Assembly (NCBI GenBank): GCA_964035545.1
Contig: OZ037767.1
Location: 28,784,628-28,848,627 of the forward strand
Reading direction: 5' to 3'
Length of the DNA: 64,000 nucleotides
Origin: Bugula neritina
Taxonomy: Eukaryota > Animalia > Bryozoa
The position numbers and the translations under genes are program-made. A model generated the notes under the pieces. The model was given only the letters and a program-made list of their open reading frames with translations. It was not told where the DNA came from and ran no database searches. Within the stretch, counting starts at the first letter, position 1, and each line of letters begins with the position of its first letter. Below are positions 29,289 through 42,700 of the stretch, piece after piece.

Positions 29289-32184
29289 CTACTTTTTCTT
29301 CCTTTCTCCCATACACCGTGGACAAAACCATTTTCCTTTTGGCTTTGAGGTGAGATTAACACAGGGGAAATGGAACCATTCGATTGGACACTACAAACAA
29401 AAAGAAACAGACAGTAATAAGCATGGAAACATTGAACTTTTTAACCAAGCATGTGTATCCCTAATTCCAGAAAATATGTCTTTACAGCAAGAACATATGT
29501 CATGAAGGCTGTGAAGAATGTTCTCCATGAATTAAAATTTTAGTAGACTAACATCATTATTATCGCAGCCTATCATCTCGCCATAGGACACCTGGTGACA
29601 GATACAGTAAGTAGGCTCATTGGGATCCACAGGCATGTCAAGGACGTCTGAAGGATGACCACCACTGAACTCTGGCGTGAGGGTCTCTGGCTCTTGAATG
29701 TTTCTAAAAAGGTAAATCAAATACTGGTCATATTGCTGGATGACCGGTAGATTCTACATGGGTTATTTTATACTGAACATCATAGCCGGAATTGTTTTAC
29801 CCATGTTGAGCAGACAATATTTTTATCTGGATAAAAATCTTTGCATGATTTTAGATACATATCAAGGAGGTAAATCTCACTAAATTCTAATTGATAATCA
29901 TTGGGTAGTAGAGACAAATTATCACAAACATGGCATTTTAATTCATCTTTAAGTCTGTTGTCAAAATAATACAAGATATGTCACTTACTCCTTAATATCT
30001 TTCTTTTTTCTCTTTTGTCCCTTAGAGTTGTCTTCCTCATCTCCCTTCCTCTTACGACCCCGTTTCCCTTTGTCAGGTCGTGGCGCAGGTGTTTCGACTG
30101 CGAGTATAACATTACAAAGTCAATTGACTAAAGAATTCTTTTACCAACTAATCACTAACTGACCAATTAGTTAATAACTTACTAGTAAGGCTCTTTTCTT
30201 TCAACTCTGCCTCAAACCTTGCCAGATCATTATCTAACTTCCGTATGTGTTTATCAACCTAAAAGTGGAGTTGAAATATACATTGTAGTGAAAATATGAA
30301 AACAACGCCATCAAAACTAGGCCATGCCACAATCTTACAGCTGCTCACCCTGTTTCAAACAATATATGTTTGTTGATTTGCTTTATTTTATTCCAACATG
30401 AAAAACGTGAGATTGAAGAAAGTAAGGCTATGGTGCAATAGCACTGCAACCAGAACAGTAGCTAGACTTGCGGGTGAAACAACCAACACAATTATTGTCC
30501 TACCATTTCATACGTCTGCATAGCCAGAGTGACCTTGTCATCTCCATACTCGGAGGACCTCTCAAACAGTTTGCTGATTTGGGTGTATCGGCGATGACGC
30601 TCACTCTGTGACAGGTTTTTGACAGTGGCTAGATAGCTATCAGCCTGTTTGTCTATTTCTATCATAGTATCTGTAAACAGCATATAATCTCACATTAGCG
30701 AAGATACTTGTTGGGAGTATATCTCATGTTCATCAGAAGCTACTGACGTCACGCCTCAACAGATGGTATGCTCACCTTGAGAACGTTTGTCTAGATCACA
30801 CATCAAGTTGAAGTTACGCTGGAGCTCCAAAGGCAAAGCCTCCAAACCTATCAGTAAATAAAACTCCTAGAGAATACAAGTGATATTATTTTGATAAAAC
30901 AGTCCCTATTACAAAAGAAGATCTCCTATGAAACCTGAGCAAAGTAAAGTAAAATAACACATATTCAGTAAAATTTTAATAGCCAACAAGTATACATTAT
31001 ATTTTTAGACCTAGAGCTATGTTACTACATTTAATAAAAAAATAACAGAAAAGATTTAACAAATTCTTTTGGCTTATCATATAATAAAAGATGCATAAGA
31101 AATAACACAACTATGTTGGTACACAAATTTAGTATTAATATGTAACAGCTAACTGATGTTAGTTGAGACAATCAGACAAACTTGGTGAGAAAAATTGATC
31201 AACATGAAAAAGCATAACTTGTAAACACGAAAATAAAGGAAGAACTTTATCTCAACAAACCCAAATAGAAATTTTCTATGCTTACCACTAGTAATATATG
31301 AAATAAACTCCGCTAAATTTTAAATTACCCAAAGCCTGACCATAAACGTTTGCCACAACATTTAATGGAATTGATTGACATGAGATTTTGTAGAATAAAT
31401 CCAAGTTTAAAGTAGGCTACTGAAATAGCAATACTCAAATATCTCTTGCACCAGAATTATTTAGGTGCAGCTAATGACAATTAAAGTTACATGTTGATTA
31501 TGTTTACACATATCTATATAAATATTAATATCAACACTCACACTGGTTAACAACATCAATATGCAAATCATCATCAATATAAAATAATTTATTTTTGTTT
31601 AACTTCAAGTTACTCATACAGTCATACTGCTTATACTTATAAGTTATACTTATAGTTATGCCTATGACTCATGGCTATTGCCTATACTAGAGTACTGAGT
31701 AGGTTATTGGGTTGGAAATATACTATAAGTATAAGTATAACAGTTATTCTCAATGTTATACTAGAAGTTTAACATTAAGTTTAACTATAACATTAACTAT
31801 AAGTATAAGTATAGTATTCGTTATAACTCAAACTGTATACCTAAGCCTTATACTTATAGTTATTATTATAGTTATACTAATACTTATAGTAATAGTTATA
31901 CTCACTTATACTTATAGTTATACAAGTTTATAGTTATAGCTATAACATTAACTCATAACTGTAAGCCTGTAGCTGTTACAATTAAAATATAAATATAGAA
32001 TAGATAATCACAATGAATACCAATCATAGTTATTCAATTGAATATGAATATCAAATCCAATATGAATATCAATATGAATATGAATCAGAATATGAACTGT
32101 GAACGTGTTCCAAGATGTTCGGAATGTTCCTATTTCAATTTACTTACTGTCTAAATGCTGCTCCAAATACACTGCTGCGGCCAT
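29289..32184 (-). CDS. ING4: Inhibitor of growth protein 4/5 (ING domain plus PHD finger); 7 coding exons
   Basis: Exons 32184-32148, 30847-30776, 30670-30504, 30258-30183, 30097-29989, 29703-29553 and 29390-29289. [47 protein letters not shown] and [40 protein letters not shown]...KWFCPRC. ING4 and ING5 cannot be distinguished; likely co-orthologous to both. Confidence 0.95.
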
Positions 32185-32259
32185 ATTTTAAATATTAGAA
32201 ATTGGTTAAATCTCAGTAATCCGAGTGTTTTTGAATAAAACTGTAACTATTTGCGTTAG

Positions 32260-32267
32260 TATCGATA
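32260..32267. promoter_or_regulatory. DRE-type palindrome TATCGATA, 76 bp upstream of the ING4/5 start codon
   Basis: Exact match to the DREF-binding consensus at a housekeeping-type gene 5' end. Motif match only. Confidence 0.35.
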
Positions 32268-33713
32268 ACTATAAGTATATCAATATGAATATGCAAAAAT
32301 CCCTCCGATCTCACCATCTAACATACACGCAGGTTGACTGACTTTCGCCCATTGGAGTTTCGGTCTAACTATCTTTTTTTATTTTAACTATTACGTTTGA
32401 CATAGACAAGAGAGAATAACTCTAAGTTTTTCAGACTAAGAGTGGTTTTCACTCAGTATGAGCATGTATACCTCGAGGGTTTACTACAGACACCCAAAAC
32501 ATTTTAGGGCAATGACGCTCAAACTAATAATGTTGTGTAATTTACAAACGCGAGCCGAGGCTTAAAATGAATCGCTTGATGCAGCATAAAGTTTGTAGCC
32601 AGTGAGTACAGCAATTCAAGGTCTAAAGTTTTGCGTTGAGGTTTGAAGATTGGATAATAATGTATATAGAAAGGCTGCACTAAGTGACTCTAAGCTTTAT
32701 GCTGTATCTAGAGATACCCAAGCTTATATATTATTGTTCTTGTACTCACACAGATATTGTTATACTTGGAGACTACAGTGGCTGTCAATCAATAATCAGT
32801 TTGGTCTGCTCACAATTTTAATCACAATGATCATGATCACGATGATAGCTGTTATAAAACCAATATAAATATATTATTATTATGATTACTATATTTATAT
32901 TGATATTGCCTATTACTATTAGTATTAGTCTCATGCTGACACTCACACGGCTCAATATGATTTAAATATGAATATTAAAAATTATTATTATTATAGTTTA
33001 AATTATTGTTATTATAATTATTAAATTCAATTAAATTTAATGTTATTTTTAAAATGTAACTAACTTACCAAATCGCAATGACCAAATCACCAATAGCGAC
33101 GGACAATAGTACTAATAGTGGAAGTGATGATCACTTTATGATTGTTATAGTATTTGCCTTTGCCTTTGGCAATGATTATGAACCGTAGTAGAAAAAATGT
33201 AAAGTTTCATTTTAAAAACCTTACTCTCTTCCTACCTGTAATGCGCATAGTATTTGAGGTCTATTTCTAATCAGTTTATATTTTATTAATAATCTTTAGG
33301 TTTAGTTACTATTACTAATAGTAATTTGTGTACTAATAGTATTAGTACACAAGTATGAAAACAAAAATTAAACATTTTAGACAGTTTATTTATATCAATG
33401 TAATAATAACATCTGGTTATTTAACTTTCTTGTAAAAACACTTTATTATTACTCAGTCAACAGTTCATTTTCAAATATAAATATATGATAAGTGTTGATG
33501 AACTTCCATGATTGTACACAAAATGTCTACTCAGTGAATGCTTACGTAGTTACAAGTTTTTAAATTCAAAATTATATTTTTTACGATTTATTGCTAAAAA
33601 ATTCTCTTGTACCATTAACTTTTAGACTATAGCTTATTTAGATCAACATAACTCTAGTAGAATTATTTTATTGTATTTTTATGAACATTTCAGATGTGAA
33701 GAAGGAGGAAATC

Positions 33714-36700
33714 ATGTCATTCCATAGCAGGACAGGCACCCTGGTTAGGCTTACTAATGGCAGTAAAACTGCTGAGCGGACTTCTGCCACTAATGAGTTC
33801 AACAACGCCATTGTTTTCAGCGAGAGGCCTTTACGGGACAACGAACTGTTTGAAGTAAAAATTGACAGCAAGGTAAAAACATTTCCTGTTACATTTGTTT
33901 GCACGACATTTCTATTATATGAAACGTATTTGTGTTGTAATGCTCGCCTTTCTCGAGCTATAGTTTTGTGAAACTTCTTATAGAATTTTGCTTATGAAAC
34001 GAGTCATCATCACAAGAAATGTCTCTTTTGTGTAAAAACACAAATTGTGTGCAGTAAGAAATATTTAATACATTAGCTTCAATTTATTATCATGTCTTAT
34101 GCCAAAATAATTGTATCAAAGTATAAGCATATTAATAAAAAAGTCTTGCAAAATAGTCACTATTATTTATGCTTATAGCTGAATACATGGAGCGGATCAT
34201 TGGAAATGGGGGTAACCACCTGTAACCCAGACACTGTGAGTTTGTCTGCTAGTTCCACAGGCTTAAAGAATGGAACATGGATAATGTCTGGTACCAACGT
34301 CCTAAAAGATGGGCTAGCAGTCAAAGAAGGGTATGGGCCGGATTTAGAAAGGCTTTCCGTAGGTGTGTTTCAGGGGCGTTATCAGCTGCTAGCTTTTGTT
34401 TTGTGCAGTCAAGTTTAATTTTGTTTTCTTTTCTACATTGCGAAGTTGCCATGAAAATTGCCATTGAAAATAGCATCAAAAATTTCAAGGAGAAGTGTAT
34501 GACTAGCTAATTTATGACTGCATTTTGTGACATCACCATCACAAAGTCTTACAGCAGAATGTTTCAAGTCAGTTACAGATATAACAGGCCAATGTTTAAT
34601 TTTACTGAAACACTTTATCTTAGAAATGCTACAGTTCAAAGTAAATATTCATAGCTGCTATTGACCGTGCTACCTGATTTCAGACGGCATTAGGTCAAGG
34701 TCAAACCCTCTCATGTGAATCAATTTCATTGGTTGTTATCTGAGAGTTAATTGGCTGAGTTGAATGTGCAATTATCCCTGGATAATTTTCTCCACTGAAA
34801 ATGTAATAATTCTGAATAGCATTTATAAATCATATTAACATAATAGTTGCTGAATGGTATTATTAAATTTGTTAGAAATTTAGCTAAAATATGTTTGGAA
34901 TTTGGCTATTCGCTATTGCAAGTGTAGCAGGAAATGTCGAAGGGCATTCTTATTGGTGGGGGATCGGATTTTTACCAGCTGCTGTCACACCATGTGAACA
35001 TTAGGCATTGGGGAAGGGGGGGGGATATGATGTAATACATGATGGGTGAACATTTCAATAACAGCTATGAACACTTACTTCAAGACGTAGTCTGAATCAT
35101 CCATATTTTTCTTCTATTCATCTGTCTGTCATTATTTCAGTATTGAATTATGAAGTATTATATAAAGTGATATGTTATGTAATATAATCAGCCCGTCAAT
35201 ATACTTTCATTAGACTGACATGTAAGTAGTAGTCGAGAAATCAATTGTTGGATCAATTCACAGACTTCTAGTCTCAACTCAACCCATAAATACTTGATAT
35301 GTGATAATTGTTTATTATTATTATTACTACTAACAGTACAGTATAGTTACTAACAGTACAGTACAGTTACTACTATCAGTACAGTATAGTTACTACAAAC
35401 AGTACAGTATAGTTACTACTATCAGTACAGTATAGTTACTACTAATAGTACAGTATAGTTACTACTATCAGTACAATATAGTTACTGCCAACAGCATAGT
35501 ATAACTACTTGAGAGTATAATATAGTAATCATTGTATTGGTGTATAATTTCTGTTGCTAGGCGACGCACTGGGTGTGATGCGTACTAGTGCCGGAATACT
35601 ACATTTCTTTATAAATGGCGAGGATCAGGGCATAGCTGCTAGTGGTATTCCGGCCAATGTGTATGCTATCATCGACGTGTATGGCAAGTGTACTCAGGTT
35701 ACTCTTACAGCCTGTCGTCTTCTTGATCCCAATCAGCAAACCTGTGAGTACAACTATGCGGGGCACACAAATATGCTCTGCAGTTTATTCTATGCTGTGG
35801 GGGAGACAATTTCTGTATGGTTTGTCTTTAATTCTGAAATTGTGTGAGTTATAGTGTTTGTAATTTATATATTAAAAATTTTTCATGAAAGTTCAATATT
35901 GAAAATTATATAATGTTTAGGATATATGAAGTTTAAAAATGAATGTAATTATTGAGCTGTTTATTAATAAAAGATATATGGTTCAAAGAAGTTGTACAAT
36001 ATGTAATGTTATCAACTATTCAATCTTGAGTTGCAGAGCTAGATTGCAATTGTAACATATGCTGTATTTCATACTACAACAAGATTGTCTAAAAATGTAG
36101 GAATATAGAAAATAAAATGTGAGAAGATAGAAAATAAAATGCATGAATATAGCCTGACAGGCAATAACTTGGGCTTTGCGTTACAGCAGTCATTGGAGTA
36201 TTGAATTAATCAATTATCACTCTTATTAACTTGTTAAGGATTTTGGAATTGTGTGCACAGAACGTGTAATTAGATTTAGAGTCGTGACCTGGAGGAATTC
36301 TGGCGTGTGTAGCAGCTCTGGTTTGTTTACATTTCCACTTAAGTGCTGACACAGACAATCCCTTCAGAGTTGTGCAGCTATAGTCTGAGCGCATGTACAG
36401 CACTCTATAAATGTTGTATAGTGTATAAGGATACTATATTCAGATGTGGTAAATATGCTCTTGGGCTAGTTGTATGATAGCGTGTTCAGTTATGGGTTGT
36501 AATGTTTACATTGTTTTACTTTCGTCATTCTCGTTCAACATGTCTTTGAGTGAGGGCTGTAGGAGGGCGTTTAGAACATCTCTGGATATCAGCGCTATCA
36601 ACGGTAGACTCTATCATAGCTTTTCAGTTAATTCATCAATAATTTAGTTATAATTTCAAAACTTATAGGATAACCAAGTATTTCTTGTTCCGTTGAAGGG

Positions 36701-39700
36701 TATTTGTATCTGAAGTATTACTCATTCACCTATGTGACCTTTAAACTTGATGCTAGCTATTATTCTGGTTGTTAGTTTTAGCCAATCAGCTGGCGAATGA
36801 AGCCATAGCAGAAGCAACTGCTCTGTGCTCCAATGAGATTCTGGCATTTCATGAGAAGTGTGGGTCGCTGGTTCGTCTGACTAATGATAACAGGACCGCA
36901 GAACGGCAGAGGCCACATGGGGAGTTTAACAACGGAGTAGTCATGACTAATCGGCCTCTCAAAGCTGACGAGTTGTTTGAGGTATGGTAGCTTTAGTTCC
37001 ATGTGTTGCTGCGATGTAGACTTGAGTTTTTTGTTTATTAAATTAAACACGGTCAGTTACTTAAATCTAAGTATACAGTTAGGTACAGCTCAGTAGTTGA
37101 AACTGTGTATGCTATTGTTTAAAGCTCATTATACAGTTAAAGCATTGTATGTGGCGAGTTAAAGCAATATTCACAATGACTAACAATTAGTTTTACTGCT
37201 GCATGACCACACAATCTTAAGATTCCAAGCTGTTAGCTACTAGTTTACAAGCCGATAGTATGTGTTCCAAGCTGATCCATTAGTGTACATGTCGTTAGTA
37301 TGGATGTTTGCAGATACGACTGGACACTATGATAGACAAGTGGTCCGGCTCTATTGAAGTCGGTATAACGACACACAACCCGAGTCTGCTGGACTTCCCG
37401 GCCACTATGACCAACATGAGGTCTGGTACGGTGATGATGAGTGGTTGTGGTATTCTAACCAATGGTAAAGGAACTCAACGAGAGTATGGTCAGTTCAACC
37501 TGGACGAACTCGCTGTAAGCTCTACTCTCGTACTCGTAGATCATTATTATGCTGAACTTCTACGCTGATGAAAATGCATATTCTGCAGTTGTGTTTAGTA
37601 TTTCTTACCTTTATAGTTCTGGTAATTTTAATAAATGAAAAAAGATGTTGTGTTCTAGAAAAGTGGTCTATTTGTCAACTATGTGTTTAGGAATCGGACA
37701 GAATTGGTCTCATCAGAAAGCAAAGTGGTAGCCTTCATTTCTATATAAATGGCATCGATCAGGGTGTGGCAGCTGAGAACGCCCCGGAAATGGTTTGGGG
37801 CGTTGTGGATCTCTATGGAATGGCAGTCAAGGTAATACAGAGTAATAAACATTGTATGTTACAAACTCATTGGCTAGAACTAGAATGCTTATAGTGATTC
37901 CACTTATTTGATTTGATAGGTGACTATAGTCGATGATCAAGATGTAATTGAGGAAGAGGAAGGGGCGGGTGTTTGCTCCTCCTATGGCTACTTGTACAGC
38001 CGATCTTCTCTGCCTTCTGCAACATCCAGCAGACGTCGCTCTCACATCATTAGAAGCAGAAACTACTCTGAGTCGGAGTCAGACAGTGTGTGCAGTGACC
38101 ATCTTAGCACCAACAGTATGTACTATTCTCTGCGGACCTAATGTTATGCCTGTATCCATAGTGGTTTTAGTAGTAGTAGTAGTAGTAGTGGTAGTGGTAG
38201 TGGTAGTAGTAGTGGTGGTAGTGGTAGTGACGGTAGTAGTAGCAGTAGCTTGAGCTGTAGCTGTAAATGAATAGTTATTTAGTAATATGCTCTACTCTAG
38301 CAATTTATACACAAATAATTTGCTCTTTCTCCAGCTTCTGACACTCAAACCCAAGTCAGCAGAGACCCGCTGACATTTCACCCGGTATGTGGGAGGAATG
38401 TTGATGTTATAAATCGGAATAAGACAGCACGAAGACCCAAGTAAGTGACCTTTTGACATTTGACTGAACTTTTGTGGCAACTTTATTTTTCCTAATGGTT
38501 ATTTTTTTACTTTTATTCAAGCTATTTGGGTATTTTGTTTGGATAACTTTATTTAAAAGGTATAAAATATTATTGTGTTATGAACATGAGCTTATAAAAA
38601 TGTTGATGATTTGGCTAGTGCCTGAAGTGGTAGGTGGTAGACAACTCTAATAACTGTTTAAACTGAGCCAGCCACTACTTGTGCACGCTGTATATTATGT
38701 TTAGAAGCTGGACAGGCTTTCACCTACTCTTGTATTTGATATCTTGACACGAGTTACTGTTTTGCAGTGCAATGGACGAGTTCAATCACGCTGTTGTGTT
38801 GTCTAATCGGCCACTGCTGCCAGGAGAATGGTTTGAAATACGATTGGATAAAGTAATAGATAAGTGGGCGGGGTCTGTAGAGTTAGGGGTCACGGTGCAC
38901 GATCCGCTCTGCCTGGACTTCCCTTCAGTCATGAGCAACATGCTGGGCGGTACTTGGATGATGACAGGAAATGGAATCATGTACAACAACGAGACTGTAA
39001 TAGAGGATTATGGGTACAGACCTGACCAAATGAAAGTAGGAGCTGTTTTCTCTAGCTTATAGTCAAAGTTAACAATGCTTTTTATTCAACTTGAAATGCT
39101 ATATATTATTATACTTGTATATATTATAAAAGTAGGACATTTTTGGTTGGGTATTTGAAATACTAATTATAGGATAATCAAAAATACAATTGTATGATCA
39201 TTATTTTTATGTTGCAAATTTTTTGTCGTTTTGCATCGACTGTCAAATGTTTGAGTTTTGAAAGTAGTTTGTGTTGATAGTCAGCTGATTGCAGGGTATA
39301 TATTTGTGTGTGACTGCTTGCTACAGGCTGGTGACAGAGTGGGAGTTATGAGAACCAAAGACGGCTGCCTTCTCTTCAGTGTGAATGGACAGAACCTGGG
39401 TGTTGCTGCTGTCGGTATTCCAGAGAAGATCTACGGAGTTCTAGACTTGTATGGACAGGCAGCTGAAGCTAGTGTGGTGCAGGCTGAAGGTACGTGTCCA
39501 CCAAGTATGAAACATATCAACACTTGTTGACACATGTTGACACACGCTAGCAACTGTTGACATGTGCTGACATGTGTTGACATATGCTGACACGTGCTGC
39601 CAGCTGTCAATCTGATGCTTCAGCTCTCTGCTGTTATCCTCAACGTTGCGTCATTACTTATTCTTTAGAGACATACAATTTGGACTTGAGATTCCACAAT

Positions 39701-42700
39701 AGACATGGATCCAACTGTGTTGTACTAAATGAGGGGCGGAGTGTCTCCCGCCCACACCCTCGAGAAGAGTTCAACGATGCCGTAGTTATGACTAGCCGGC
39801 CTCTGAGGCTAAACGAGTTGTTTGAAGTAGTTGTGGACAAAATGGTGGACAGGTGGAGTGGCTCTTTAGAGTGTGGTGGGTTTATAATTGCTTCATGTGC
39901 TCTAATTTTATATTATTAACAAGGTGTATGTCATATAGCATGGTGTATATCATATAACATGGTGTATATTATATAACATGGTGTATATCATATAACACGG
40001 TGTATTGGTTTAGGTGTGACCACACTAAATCCTGATAACTTGGAGTTTCCCTCTTCCATGTCTGATTTGTCTCCTCCCGGAACTTATATTCTTTCTGGCT
40101 GCTCCATTGTGCAGGTAAAATATAACCAACTATTTCATTTTCAAAAATTCTTTTCTTTCTTACAAGCTAATGGATAGTAAGGCACTGCGTAGTGTGATAT
40201 ATGAATAGCTGTAAACTTGTGACTATTAACTCATAGTTACTATGTACCCATAGTTACTGTATACCCATAGTTACTATGTACCCATAGTTACTGTGTACCC
40301 ATAGTTACTGTGTACTCATAGTTACTGTGTACCCATAGTTACTGTGTACTCATAGTTACTGTGTACTCATAGTTACTGTGTACTCATAGTTACTGTGTAC
40401 TCATAGTTACTGTGTACTCATAGTTACTGTGTACTCATAGTTACTGTGTACTCATAGTTACTGTGTACCCATAGTTACTGTGTACTCATAGTTACTGTGT
40501 ACTCATAGTTACTGTGTACTCATAGTTACTGTGTACTCATAGTTACTGTGTACTCATAGTTACTGTGTACTCATAGTTACTGTGTACTCATAGTTACTGT
40601 GTACCCATAGTTACTATGTACCCATAGTTACTGTGTACTCATAGTTACTGTGTACTCATAGCTACTGTAAACTCATAGTTATTATGAATATCTTCTCCCA
40701 GGACGGGTACATGATGCGCACTCGTTACAACTGTGACCTTGAGCAGATCGAGACAGGGTCACGGATCGGCATGCTAGTCAGCTCAGACCGATGTCTGCAT
40801 TTCTACCTGAATGGTGTGGACCAGGGAGTTGCCTGCTCAGACATTCCGGATAGTAAGTCTCAGTACTCAGCTTATGTTAGTTGGTAATGAGCTGAGCATA
40901 CTTCTTGAATACAAGGTTCACAGTTATTTGATAGTTAGATGAAATGATATGTTATTAGTATATATTATTCAAATACTTGATAAATTACTGTAAAAATCCA
41001 TTGGCTCTGCTTCGGCTGATATAGTTTGTAAATAGTTTTCACTCTGGGATTTTACTAACTGAATGATTTTTATATCAAAGTTACTATAAAGTTTCAAATA
41101 TTTGTTTAATATAATATGAAGGCATAATAAAAACTATACTAATTTGTGTTCACAGTTTTAATGGGTTTTAAAATGTCATGTAGATGTTTATGGTGTGATT
41201 GACTTATACGGAGCTTGTGCTGGGGTGTCAATCACTGGTAGCACCGCCCCTTCAGACAGCCAATCACCTGCTTCCAATGTTACCGTACCAACCACTCAAC
41301 AACTGAATGAGCAGAAGGCAGCTTCAGGTACTCTTCACTCAGTTACTGTTCACTCAGTTACTGTTCACTCAGTTACGCTTCACTCTGGTACTCTTCACTA
41401 TTATATTTCCTCTGAGATATGTAGCTGTTGATATGTCATGTTGCAGCACACAGACACAGGTTTAGTAAATGTTGCGGCAGAAACATTTTATTGCGAAATG
41501 AGAACACAACTGCTACTCGCACCAAGAACTTTGATCATGGCATCGTGTATAGCGCAGACCCGGTCAAGACAGATGAGCTATTTGAGGTAAGTTTACTAGA
41601 TATAAGTCTACTTTTATACGTACTAGAGGTAAGTTACTAGATGTAAGTTTACTTCTGTGCGTACTCAATGCCACTGAGGATTATTGGTTGACGGTTGATA
41701 ATGTTTTAAATGAGAAGTTTTAAAATATTCCCATCATTATCATTGCTATTTCCTTCTCAATATAATACTATATTCATTGAGGAAAGTATATTTGGTGAGT
41801 TACTGTGTTTAGAATATCCTTTATACAGATTGTGTATAATTCTACATCCAGTAATAATATTCCACACAGAATAAAGTGTTAGTTTGGATGTCGCCTTCTT
41901 TTAGATTCGAATAGACCAAGTGGCCAGACAATGGTCAGGATCCTTAGTGATGGGCTTCACCACCCAGACCGTATCTGAGAGTCAGACAATCGCTATAACT
42001 CAGGCTACAGCTTTAGATCTACACAGCAGCACTAAGAAAACTTGGCTAATCTCAGGATCCACAGGCTAGTGTTTATAGATATTCTTACAGCTGTATATAG
42101 AGCTAAATGCTGATGTTCTACAAATCGGACAGATGCTCTAAGAAGCTGTATGACTGCCATTGACATTTGGCTAGATTGTTTCAAAGATGTTTATTGCTGA
42201 GTTGCAGCACAAAGTGTATATTTTATTTGCATTTATGATCTGTATAATTTGAAATTATATAACTTCAGTCACGCACAATGGGGAGATAATTACGGAGAAT
42301 TATTTGCCCTCGTTGGATCGCCTAGAGGTAGGATGTAAAGTCGGTATTAAGAGGTGTAGCGACGGTACCATGCATCTGTATATTAATGGCGAAGACCTCG
42401 GTGTAGCCGCCCGTCACATTCCTAGAGTGAGTGTTCTCAGTCTATCCGTGTTTAGATCTCCACTTTCAAGTTGTGACACGTTATTGAGATTGAAAACCTT
42501 TACTTTATAAATCATCACATCAGCAGTATTTTTTGAAGTTGTCTTCTCACTCAGTCAGTTTTTCCAATTCCTTTTGCAGAATGTCTTTTTAATCGTGGAC
42601 ATATATGGCTCAGTGGAGTCCGTGTCCATCACCAGTAAAACTAAGAATTCTCGTTTACAAAATGAATCTCACGTAATCAACGAAACACTTTCTGTTAAGC

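Noticed and set aside
32310-32372. CTAAC and CTGACTTTC words resembling telomerase RNA template and pseudoknot
   Set aside because: No 1.5x TTAGGG-complementary template and no matching P3 partner strand; kept only as part of the unassigned ncRNA candidate.
33690-33714. Acceptor sites just upstream of several start codons as evidence for SL trans-splicing
   Set aside because: Equally explained by ordinary 5' UTR introns; cannot be decided from genomic DNA.
40230-40682. Regular arrays as possible CRISPR loci
   Set aside because: No unique spacers, no cas genes, and a eukaryotic intronic context.
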